NCBI GenBank assembly: GCA_015231405.1
Contig: JADGBR010000014.1
Coordinates: 3,555-67,554, forward strand
From: Candidatus Omnitrophota bacterium
Lineage (GTDB): Bacteria > Omnitrophota > Gorgyraeia > Tantalellales > Tantalellaceae
Direction of reading: 5' to 3'
DNA: 64,000 nt
The notes beneath the pieces are model-generated. The model was given only the letters and a program-made list of their open reading frames with translations, was not told where the DNA came from and made no database searches. Shown here one piece after another: positions 57,001 to 64,000 of this stretch. Every line of letters begins with the position of its first letter. Position 1 is the stretch's first letter. The translations under genes and the position numbers were made by a program.

Positions 57001-58951
57001 TCATGACAGGCGCTTTCTCCACATCTCCGTTCCTCTCGACCAGCGTCCTTATCACATGAAAAAAATAATTGCTCTGGCCGTCGCCTATCTCGTCAAACTC
57101 GGCCTCGATCTCCGCCGATCTCTTAGCCATCCCCTCCTCTAGGCTGATCGGCTCCGGCTCAGCTCTAGCATAAAACGTTCCCTCCAGCCCGTCGCTGAAA
57201 TATGTAACGTCTTCCCGGGATATCCAGACGCCGGGTATTACCTTCCCTTTTTTATCCAGAGGCCCCTCAAAATATCTGTAAGGCGCATAATCGATATTCT
57301 TGAGCAGTCCGTTCTTGAGCGCCGGGGAATTGCAATAACAGAATTCCCCGGAGGCTACCCTTTTCTCGATCAAAGTTATGTTGTGCGCCTGCCTCGAGCC
57401 CTGTTCGGGGTCCACCAGGACCTTCGCTTTTGTCTCTTTTTTATCGGCCATATAGCTCGCCACATCGTGTTTTACCATGATGTAATCCTCAAGCGTACAA
57501 GTCTCGTCAAATTTTCCCATTTCATCTTTTGATATGTTCCCGCTAAAGAGGATGACCTTCCCCGAATATCCGCTGGACTTGTTCGTCCCCGGGGCTTTTT
57601 CCGTCGCCCCCAGAGCCACGTGAGTGCTGGCGATCTCAACCTTCTTCTTTTCCAAGATCTCCTCGAGAAGTTTGTCGCTTTTATCGACCGGTTCTTTCTT
57701 GAAATCACCGACTATCGGCCTTATCTGTATTACGTAGAGCTTGCCCCCGTGAAAGCCCCACTCTATGTCGAGCGGCACACCTATCTCATTCTCGAGGGCC
57801 TCCGCGACGGCGAAAACTTTGTTCGCCTGGCCTTCGTTTATAGGGCTTATCTTATCCCCTACTCTTATCTTTCCGATGACGGCTCTCATCTCTTCAGGGT
57901 TGTCCTCGGCGCTGATCTCTTTACCGTTCAGCCTTACGGAGTGAGGCATGGAGAGAAAAGAAGGCGCGTACCTTTTCAAACGGCCCGTGGATTTATTGTA
58001 AAGGAAATGGCATGTATTGGCATGGGAGCCCCTTACGGCCATGTCGGCGTCCCCGAAAACGCATTCTATCGAGTTGTACCCGTAATAATTCGTTTTAGTC
58101 GTCCCGGACGCCTCAAAATGCATGAAAGGCTGGACGATCATTGCTATGCCTTTCTTTTTATCGAGCTTGTTCGGTACCCCGGCTATCTTATTCTTCGACT
58201 GATTCTGCTTTATCCACATCATCTCTATTGCCTGGTCCAATATCTCCCTTACCCCCTCAACCACCGATCTTTCGTCCTTTTTTCTGGGCGAGATGAACAC
58301 CCCGGCAAGGTTCTGTTCATACCCGTCCTCGTCGGCCCCGCTGGATCTTACGATTATGTCCCCCCTTAAACTTTTCGTCTTCCTCCTGATAAGTTCAGCC
58401 AGCTCCTCCGATACCGTCATCTTCTTTTTTATATATTCCAGCATTAGCAACGACATGCCTTGAATTCCCGTTTCTGTATCTTCTTCCGAAATATCACCTG
58501 TCCCCTGCAAAAGCTCCGCCGACATGATCTCATCGACGTAACGATTTCCATCTTTGACCAGGTCTTCATTATCTTCAAGATACTTTTCCCAGATATCCTC
58601 CATGGTGAACCTCACCGAGCCCGGATGCCGGAAATGAAGTAATTTTTTAAGTTTAGAATATTTTTTCGATAAGAACTCCAACAGAATATCCCATGCGCCT
58701 TTACCGCCGTATTTCGGAGCATTTGTCTTTTCAAATTCGTCCCGTATCTTCTTGTGCCCCTTTTTCAGGTATTCCTCGGCGAATTGATCGGGTATACCCC
58801 GTTCAGCCGCGTTCCATATGGCAAGAGTATCTTTGTTCGTATCGGAAAATAATAAGTCCGAGTTGAGGCCTACCGTATCCTGAAATGAGAAATTCCAGAA
58901 CAAAATAGTAGTAATTATTGTTGAAATAACCTTGCTATTTTTCTTTTTCAT
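54071..58951 (-). CDS. Giant (1626 aa) multidomain protein: a signal-anchor, a PPDK-type nucleotide-binding domain, a PEP-utilising phospho-His domain, two degenerate receiver-like domains and a large helical C-terminal region
   Basis: PPDK_N motifs IIVRSSGADEDGYEQNLAGVF, GIAMIVQPFMHFEASG and LDIEWGFHGGKLYVIQIRPIVG. Swivel-domain-like GKVILFSGNISKDE...VLVDPEQGSRQAHNITLIEKRVASG. Receiver-like RVLLVDDSLIDRQLVKRLIE...DAVLCDALTG. Confidence 0.8.
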   Translation of the reverse strand: MKKKNSKVISTIITTILFWNFSFQDTVGLNSDLLFSDTNKDTLAIWNAAERGIPDQFAEEYLKKGHKKIRDEFEKTNAPKYGGKGAWDILLEFLSKKYSKLKKLLHFRHPGSVRFTMEDIWEKYLEDNEDLVKDGNRYVDEIMSAELLQGTGDISEEDTETGIQGMSLLMLEYIKKKMTVSEELAELIRRKTKSLRGDIIVRSSGADEDGYEQNLAGVFISPRKKDERSVVEGVREILDQAIEMMWIKQNQSKNKIAGVPNKLDKKKGIAMIVQPFMHFEASGTTKTNYYGYNSIECVFGDADMAVRGSHANTCHFLYNKSTGRLKRYAPSFLSMPHSVRLNGKEISAEDNPEEMRAVIGKIRVGDKISPINEGQANKVFAVAEALENEIGVPLDIEWGFHGGKLYVIQIRPIVGDFKKEPVDKSDKLLEEILEKKKVEIASTHVALGATEKAPGTNKSSGYSGKVILFSGNISKDEMGKFDETCTLEDYIMVKHDVASYMADKKETKAKVLVDPEQGSRQAHNITLIEKRVASGEFCYCNSPALKNGLLKNIDYAPYRYFEGPLDKKGKVIPGVWISREDVTYFSDGLEGTFYARAEPEPISLEEGMAKRSAEIEAEFDEIGDGQSNYFFHVIRTLVERNGDVEKAPVMKVAEQVFSIMGLAKMPFLYSYIDPEKRTKEEKEDVRVLVKRALTEIHKANPTGSSETEVNDERNEKYVIDTLKELGSVLSFPLLPSSWEVEWMKKLRRVTGFIEDYGKKEGKKMDTGIYFNEKAPDRLRVLLVDDSLIDRQLVKRLIEKNFQNIAVTAVSDYEEGLTLMSKGMDDPAERFDAVLCDALTGKGNLEDMAGVEAFERIPLKAICSGLDPMSLVLLAEKFGHTAAGETRVVTKLETEPVSSGAVRVKNLPACGEGRLINIPKSKDEGPVLLFACLAQWLGQKIDHFVSIGEIQYKADFSGHKEGLPSVYVIGEEASGAKDLGIYVRRRTSDAYNVYYVRSEAEAIAYWKTVPPDTIVTDVIFKNRDASKEIMDLATRYNPEVRIIIADKEAALRSPRTGEKDAQRRAIEDEYISDLKRLKEIRENGWHALSAEAQYALRFPDGVAWGESLTPKVFFELVSFLSPDDPTVHSEKYLKMMREVLHFSSDAGEMGSKEKLRRLLMRIVFKAITNNMRKEVAGFAAVALSDDNILWDDPGNIVQEKKTKMEQGRLSLTGSMEEIILEEYSSARRTMINESARWITERSGLPAPGYPATDKEFDDITGIMTSALEKKKMSGRGINSVDIQGIKDVAMARHYLVKNDTRKAIIFLKKAILGEMLTEGTMIVNPLEMEKFTDREIAQTYRMMFSPGRAVNAVFYIKEEIKKMEKDGIEGLKEVVSALGVSLLQSIEFHPDRSKNIRAMIEKPLHYDAVLEAVEGNEQYEDRLASGRETFKMNETARIARGMKIPGDGEPLKVIKIWGGYAGGSTQRLLLSRFAGLLMSGRYSVEIVDDIAKLAQEAATTAESAEKDNVVHIMPFDELRQFMKKRLENHNARVIYADLKDSEAYSDEDLVQYGAMVFAGIAYLNHDDKALRGLYELLTAEDENIPISVEELRSDPRKYQIILDKAVIHNYRERVRLNQMMLKVLSFA

Positions 58952-59163
58952 ATTTTACAGTTTTTGTTTTCACCAGATTGACATTATAGCACAAAAAAGT
59001 AAGAAATGCCAAGGAAATTTGCTCATTCTGGAATACACTATGTTAACTTGCTTTTTAATAGTTGACTGGATTGCTTTTTTGGGAATACCGAGCTTATACG
59101 CAGCAATGTCGGGTTTTTTGCTCCGCTATATTGAATGTGCAAAAAACACTTTTTCTTTTTTGA

Positions 59164-59664
59164 CTATTCGATCCCGAGGACTTTGCGTTTTATCTGCTCG
59201 ACATTGTCGCATATCTCGGTAAATCCCTGGATAAGGGCAAGATATTCAGAGATCTTGGAAGTGAGTTCATGCCAGAAAAGTTTATCGATATCCCGCATCG
59301 AGACGATCCCTTTCAGTTTCCCTCCTTCAACGACGGGCACATGGCGAAAATTGCCTTTTTCCATCATGCAGTAAGCGTCGTTTATGAAAGTGTTCTGGTC
59401 CAGCGTCTCGGGATCCGGGGTCATAACGCTTGACACGTGAGTAGTCTCAAGATCAAGCTTTTCGGGTATTACCTTGTTTATAATATCCCTTTCCGTAAAG
59501 ATCCCCAGGCATTTCATGCTCTGGTCGACCACGATGATCGCGCCTATATTATTCGCGCGCATTTTCATAACAACATCAAAAACAGTTTCATCCGGTCCTG
59601 AGGTCAAAACTTCGCTCGTCATTATATCGGCGAGCCTTAGTTCGGAAATATTAGATTTCCCCAT
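59164..59664 (-). CDS. CBS-pair domain protein
   Basis: 166 aa. Two CBS motifs (LADIMTSEVLTSGPDETVFDVVMKMRANNIGAIIVVD; DAYCMMEKGNFRHVPVVEGGKLKGIVSMRDI). Confidence 0.8.
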   Translation of the reverse strand: MGKSNISELRLADIMTSEVLTSGPDETVFDVVMKMRANNIGAIIVVDQSMKCLGIFTERDIINKVIPEKLDLETTHVSSVMTPDPETLDQNTFINDAYCMMEKGNFRHVPVVEGGKLKGIVSMRDIDKLFWHELTSKISEYLALIQGFTEICDNVEQIKRKVLGIE

Positions 59665-59685
59665 TGTTCTCCTTTTTATCTCATG

Positions 59686-59871
59686 CTACCGCTTCGGGGA
59701 GGGATCGAAAAGGTCCTCTTGTTTCAGATTCCTCAAATACTCCGAGTACTGAAAAGCGTCCTTTAGCTCTTTTTTCTGTCGATCGCTCCCCAAAGACATG
59801 AAACGAGAGGCTTTATCCGGATCGTCCATCATCGCTTTCCAGTAAGCGTAATTCTTGGGTTCTTTTTTCAT
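59686..59871 (-). CDS. Small hypothetical protein
   Basis: 61-aa ORF. It overlaps the upstream gene by 4 bp, which suggests translational coupling. No family recognised. Confidence 0.35.
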   Translation of the reverse strand: MKKEPKNYAYWKAMMDDPDKASRFMSLGSDRQKKELKDAFQYSEYLRNLKQEDLFDPSPKR

Positions 59872-60293
59872 CTTACCTCTTTCGGGGTCGGGCCCTTTAT
59901 CTCGTTCACCATGAAAGCCTTCTGGCCTATTATCTCGCTATTCGCGAAAAGCTGGAACTCGTATCTTCCGGGATGTAGGAACTTAAGCCCCCTGAGATCG
60001 AATATAAGCTCATGTATATCCAGCGGGTCGCGTATTGCGACTTCATCCGGTATCTCGCCCCTCCCTATCACTGTGTCGTTCTCAAGATCAGAAAGGTTCA
60101 TGTGGAACCTGTACGGCCCCATGGCGTTCGTAAGTTTTATATAGACGGAGAGCGAAGAGTGTACGCACGGGAAAATCCCCGCGTTTATGCTCTCAAATAT
60201 CCCGATAAGGCTTTTCTTCCCGGTCCCGGCCTCTGTGATGACTTTGTCGCACGTGAGCATAGCGTTCATGACGGGTTTGTGGGAATGCTTCAT
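59868..60293 (-). CDS. Hypothetical protein
   Basis: 141-aa ORF with a coding-like codon pattern. No family recognised. Confidence 0.5.
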   Translation of the reverse strand: MKHSHKPVMNAMLTCDKVITEAGTGKKSLIGIFESINAGIFPCVHSSLSVYIKLTNAMGPYRFHMNLSDLENDTVIGRGEIPDEVAIRDPLDIHELIFDLRGLKFLHPGRYEFQLFANSEIIGQKAFMVNEIKGPTPKEVR

Positions 60294-60348
60294 GGGGGTA
60301 TTATACTACTTATCACACGTGAGCAAAAGGAATATCACCCTTTGTTCC

Positions 60349-60404
60349 GTAGGACGTAGGACGTGGGACGTAGGACGTCCCACGTCCTACGTCCCACGTC
60401 CTAC
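60349..60404. repeat. Heptamer array GTAGGAC GTAGGAC GTGGGAC GTAGGAC immediately followed by its inverse complement GTCCCAC GTCCTAC GTCCCAC GTCCTAC
   Basis: Read directly. A long imperfect hairpin with 7-nt periodicity. The second half encodes the last five codons and the stop of plsC. Confidence 0.7.
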
Positions 60405-61013
60405 GTTTAATGGCAGTACGTCTCTCAGCTCGGCAATACTCCTCATCACCTTCTCGCTTATACCTTCGTACGCATCTTTTCCGGTATTCGGCAAGCTAGA
60501 GCTCAAGGGTTTGCCTATGATAACACGGATGGGACGCAGTTTTACGGTCCTTACGCCGCGGGGCATCGCGTCGAAGGTCCCTTCAATATAGACGGGGACT
60601 ACGGGAACTTTCGCCTTTGCGGCGAACATGCCTATTCCGGGCCGGGCCCTTTTCAGTTCCCGGGTCTTGGAACGCGTTCCTTCGGGGAAGAGCCCAAGGG
60701 CGCCGCCTTTATGAAGAAGTTTTAAGGCCGCTTTTACGGCCCCCTTGTCCCTGCCGCCTCTTTTTAATGATATGGTCTCGATGTGACGAACGACCCATCC
60801 GAGCAATGTGGCGCTAAAAAGGGTTTCCCTCGCGATAAAATGGAGCCTTCTCGGGGATACCGCTATCAAAACCAGGGGATCCAGATAGCTAGCGTGATTG
60901 GCAGCCAGTATAAAAGCCCCTTCACTCGGGATATTCTCCACACCCGAAACACGTAGCCCCAGGCCCAGCCTGAAAAGGACGAACGATATCCGTCTAATTA
61001 AAAGGTATATCAT
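60387..61013 (-). CDS. plsC: 1-acyl-sn-glycerol-3-phosphate acyltransferase
   Basis: 208 aa. Acyltransferase motifs NHASYLD (HxxxxD) and FPEGTRS, plus a hydrophobic N-terminus. Confidence 0.85.
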   Translation of the reverse strand: MIYLLIRRISFVLFRLGLGLRVSGVENIPSEGAFILAANHASYLDPLVLIAVSPRRLHFIARETLFSATLLGWVVRHIETISLKRGGRDKGAVKAALKLLHKGGALGLFPEGTRSKTRELKRARPGIGMFAAKAKVPVVPVYIEGTFDAMPRGVRTVKLRPIRVIIGKPLSSSLPNTGKDAYEGISEKVMRSIAELRDVLPLNVGRGT

Positions 61014-61016
61014 CTA

Positions 61017-62846
61017 TCACTTTTTCGCGCCGAACCCGCCCAAAAGGTCTTTTATGGCCTTTTCAGTGTTCGCAACCGTATCCGCCTGACCGGTATAGGC
61101 TCCCGTCGTCTGAGCGGTTCCGCCGGACGTATACTGCCCCGAACCCTTTGAAAGCGAACTTAGAAGGCCGGTAACCAGCTCTTTCCCTTTTTCCAGAGTG
61201 AATTTTTTAGCTATGAAATCCAGGTCGGGAAGAAGCGTAAATATCCCGTTCTTCATCGTATATTTCACGGGGAACTCTATCATCCCTCTGCTGTTCTTCA
61301 AAATAGCGAGCTGGGACTGAGGCTGAAGGATGGCTTCCGTGAGCGCGGGCATGAACCCCAGAATGCCCTTTCCTTCGGCTGAACCGTCGAGCGACACTCT
61401 TATGTCCGTATCGATCGACAAAAAGTCGGTCGTGATCTTCAGCCCTTTCATCTCTACGATGCCGTTATTGATAATAAAATCTTTCTGGATCGGCTTCAAG
61501 AGCGTGTAATTCTCGTTCAGTTTTGCCTTGATAGCCTCCGGAAGGTTCGCCTGTATCGCCGCACCGATGCCGGGTATAGCCTCGAGCTTCTCTATAGCCT
61601 GTTTAAGGATGTTAACATCCAGGAGCACCCCGTTATCCAGCGAGAATTTTCCCTGTCCGGTAAGCGATTTCGATATGGCCGGCCAGTCGAGGCCTTTGGC
61701 TGTACCTTTGAACGAGAGCTCTGTCTTTCCGTCCAGTTTCGTCTTCGTACCGAAACTTTTTTCAAGAAAAGAGCTTATCTCGGGTATCCCGAACGCTACG
61801 TCCATGTCCAGGTCCTTCGCCGCATAGATCCCCTTGACCCCTCCGGAACCCTTTATTTTGGCACCGCCCAGCTCAAGCGAGAACTTATCCGCTTTCACGC
61901 TGTCGTCCAGCGCCGAGGCGGAAAGCTCGATATTCTCGACCGGCGATCTAAGGGACTTAAGAGGGACCCGCCCGCCCGTGAGCTTTAGGCCGGCGTCGAG
62001 CTTCCCTACCTTCCCGTTATCGAGAGAAAGATCCTTTATGTTCAGGTCCAGCTTTCCCTTAAGACCTTCGCCGAGACCTATGGACGCGATCCCAGGAGCC
62101 GCCGCTATCAGCCTTTTAATGTCTATCTTGTCAAGGTCAAGCCCGGCGGTGAAACCTGTAAGTTCAGGTTTATTGTCAAATACGCCGTCAACACTGCCTT
62201 TAAGACTTATATTCTTCTCCTCGCCAAATACCGCCATCGAAGAGTCTATTTTCATCGGGCCGTCCTTGGACACGTCAGTGATATTTATGTCGAGCTTTTT
62301 CACGCTCAGCGACATCGGGGGTTTAGCGGAACTATCAGTAAAATTTATCTCGGCGTCGCTCAGAGAAAAACTTTTAACGTTGAGGTCCACCGGCGGGACT
62401 TCAGCCGCTGGCTTCCCAGTTTCGCCGGATGTTTTCCCCGCCTCTTTGGCCGAAGCCGGAGGGTTATACCCTTTTATGGCTATTTTCTGGTCAGGCGTCC
62501 GGACGATATTCAGCCTGGAGCCGTCCAGGGAAAAAGAATTGATCTTTATCTTTTTCCCGAGAAGCGGCAGGAGTTCGACCGACAAAGAGCCTTTCCTAAG
62601 AGACAGGTCCGCCACACCCCCAGCGGTCGCTTTCTCGGCCAGCTCGAAACCGTCTATTGTCAGGGCCAGGTTCCCTTTCCATCCGAGAGAAATTTTTTCT
62701 ATTTTCGCCTTGCTTCCCGTCATCTCCTCTATCTTCGATATAATGAGCGGCTTATACTTATTGATATCAAAAGTCACGATAAAAACGCCAAGTGCCGCCG
62801 CCAGCACCACGATCACCACCAGAACCGCTATTAGAATATTTCTCAT
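61017..62846 (-). CDS. AsmA-family envelope protein
   Basis: Start chosen at MRNILIAVLVV, which is preceded by GAGAAGGAGGAAGGC. The N-terminal TM segment is followed by FDINKYKPLIISKIEEMTGSKAKIEKISLGW, typical of AsmA, and by a long beta-rich periplasmic region. Confidence 0.75.
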   Translation of the reverse strand: MRNILIAVLVVIVVLAAALGVFIVTFDINKYKPLIISKIEEMTGSKAKIEKISLGWKGNLALTIDGFELAEKATAGGVADLSLRKGSLSVELLPLLGKKIKINSFSLDGSRLNIVRTPDQKIAIKGYNPPASAKEAGKTSGETGKPAAEVPPVDLNVKSFSLSDAEINFTDSSAKPPMSLSVKKLDINITDVSKDGPMKIDSSMAVFGEEKNISLKGSVDGVFDNKPELTGFTAGLDLDKIDIKRLIAAAPGIASIGLGEGLKGKLDLNIKDLSLDNGKVGKLDAGLKLTGGRVPLKSLRSPVENIELSASALDDSVKADKFSLELGGAKIKGSGGVKGIYAAKDLDMDVAFGIPEISSFLEKSFGTKTKLDGKTELSFKGTAKGLDWPAISKSLTGQGKFSLDNGVLLDVNILKQAIEKLEAIPGIGAAIQANLPEAIKAKLNENYTLLKPIQKDFIINNGIVEMKGLKITTDFLSIDTDIRVSLDGSAEGKGILGFMPALTEAILQPQSQLAILKNSRGMIEFPVKYTMKNGIFTLLPDLDFIAKKFTLEKGKELVTGLLSSLSKGSGQYTSGGTAQTTGAYTGQADTVANTEKAIKDLLGGFGAKK

Positions 62847-62971
62847 GCCTTCCTCCTTCTCTTTTTCTAATATTCTCACTCTGAAAGAAACGCTAGTCAA
62901 TGAAAATCAGAAGGATATAGATCATTATACGGAAAACGGGTTTTTTGCGCTCCAAGGTGTCACCTAAATCA

Positions 62972-64000
62972 TTAAGCGAATTGCATGAGAAGAGCGGTGT
63001 TATAGGCGAATTCGGTGAGTTTTTTTATGGATAGTTTGATAGCGGGAGGAAGCGTAAGCTGCGAAAACAGGTTTATCCTCAGGGTGAGATCCGGATCGGC
63101 CATGTACGCTACAGTCTCCTTCGTTATGATGAGGGCAGGGAGATGTCTTTCATACATTTCCTTCATGAGGGGGAAGATCTCCTCGACGGCTTTCTGAAAG
63201 CCTTCCAGCCTCGCGGGATCGTTCAGTCCGGCCTCTAAAAGCGTGCTCTGGAGTAAGCCGATATTGATCGCCGACATCATCGGATAAAGCACACCGTCGC
63301 CCTGTTTGTATCCTGCTTTATCCAGTAGTACCAGCGCCGCGCCGTCGAACCTTGAGGGGTCTTGCCGTGCCCCTTTGATGTCAGTGACATAAATATCCGC
63401 CGTCATGCTCTCTCTGTCAGGGTCTGGCCCTCTGCCGAAGCTGCTTAATATCCGGGCGGGATCGGTTTTGGAGCCGAGAGAGAGCTTTCCGACGACCGCG
63501 GCGAATAAAGCGTTAGCCTTTTCTTCCTTAGTGCCGTCGCCCGAATAAAGTATATACCTCACGTCCATCCCGTTTTTCACTTCGGCGATGAGCATGTTCG
63601 CGCACATCACAAGGTTGGGTTCTAGGCTGTCAGGCGGTATGGCATCGACATCTACGTAAATGTTATACGGCTTATCCTCCGTTACTCCGTTCACCCTGTT
63701 GAAAATATTGACATAGCCGGATACCCTGGCGACCTCACTTTCCGAGACAGACGCTTCCAGATCCGCAGCGTCACTCTCTTCTTCCTTTCCCTTATGCGGC
63801 AGGACGGACTTTCGCTTCGACGTGCTCGTGATCTCCGCCTCGATCGTCTCTTCCGTAAAAGCGGCTTTGTTTATGGCAATAACGGCTTGTTTTAAAATAC
63901 CGGCTATTTCGACCATCGCATCTTCTTTGAATCCCGCCCATTTCGATAAATGCCTCAGCAAATCCCCGTCTATTACCTCGCCGGTCGGGTTAGTAATTAC
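62972..64000 (-). CDS. Hypothetical protein, 5' partial (reading frame stays open to the window end)
   Basis: The ORF-track Met is actually a TTG codon. The minus-strand frame continues without a stop through 64000 (...VITNPTGEVIDGDLLRHLSKW...). No family recognised. Confidence 0.55.
   Translation of the reverse strand, partial: VITNPTGEVIDGDLLRHLSKWAGFKEDAMVEIAGILKQAVIAINKAAFTEETIEAEITSTSKRKSVLPHKGKEEESDAADLEASVSESEVARVSGYVNIFNRVNGVTEDKPYNIYVDVDAIPPDSLEPNLVMCANMLIAEVKNGMDVRYILYSGDGTKEEKANALFAAVVGKLSLGSKTDPARILSSFGRGPDPDRESMTADIYVTDIKGARQDPSRFDGAALVLLDKAGYKQGDGVLYPMMSAINIGLLQSTLLEAGLNDPARLEGFQKAVEEIFPLMKEMYERHLPALIITKETVAYMADPDLTLRINLFSQLTLPPAIKLSIKKLTEFAYNTALLMQFA

Noticed and set aside
60349-60404. 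Heptamer array considered as a CRISPR array
   Set aside because: Units are 7 bp with no spacers, and the second half is the inverse complement of the first. This is a palindromic microsatellite, not CRISPR.
62847-62900. Upstream start (MTSVSFRVRILEKEKEEG) for the AsmA gene
   Set aside because: The internal ATG at 62846 is preceded by a strong GGAGG RBS and begins the TM anchor. The extension reads through the RBS itself.

Overview
This is a roughly 64 kb bacterial chromosomal window of about 50% GC, with most genes on the minus strand. All calls rest on reading the six-frame ORF translations and the DNA by eye; no database search was possible.

Recognisable housekeeping genes: eno (5' partial), purN, tRNA-Thr(CGU), a GGDEF diguanylate cyclase, hldD, lpxD, HU, tRNA-Arg(CCG), glgX, a NUDIX hydrolase, an ABC-F ATPase, a THUMP/RlmL-like methyltransferase, an SrkA/APH-like kinase, a YdbL(DUF1318)/AsmA-like pair, plsC, and a second AsmA-family gene.

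Two regions stand out.

(1) An accessory islet at about 23.7-28.9 kb. It carries a small Cys-rich ORF, two HigB/Gp49-like + XRE-HTH toxin-antitoxin pairs, an ERCC4/XPF-type nuclease gene interrupted by an in-frame TAA at codon 11, and an IS200/RayT-like HUH transposase gene.

(2) A roughly 30 kb co-directional minus-strand block of giant genes at 28.4-59.0 kb:
- a 4834-aa Sec-signal protein built from long YxYY repeats, RHS/YD repeats, three discoidin (F5/8-C)-like domains, two DUF4214-like units, a Gly/Ala/Met-rich hydrophobic module, a PT-TG-like pre-toxin motif, and an AT-rich unclassified C-terminal tip;
- a 153-aa AT-rich putative immunity gene immediately downstream of it;
- a 2850-aa secreted protein with N-terminal FecR-like domains and about 240-aa Gly/Tyr/Trp/Asp-rich repeats;
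- a TPR + beta-barrel outer-membrane protein;
- a 1626-aa protein with a PEP-utilising/PPDK-type kinase core and degenerate receiver-like domains.

A second giant protein (2087 aa, 6910..13173) carries PPDK-family domains in the His-domain-then-nucleotide-binding order seen in glucan water dikinases. It lies about 1 kb from glgX.

Several small DNA repeat families occur. One is a roughly 35-110 bp element present twice in-frame inside the giant toxin ORF and again in two intergenic sites. There are also heptamer tandem and palindromic arrays. The abundance of giant secreted repeat proteins suggests an uncultivated lineage known for giant genes; this is inference only.
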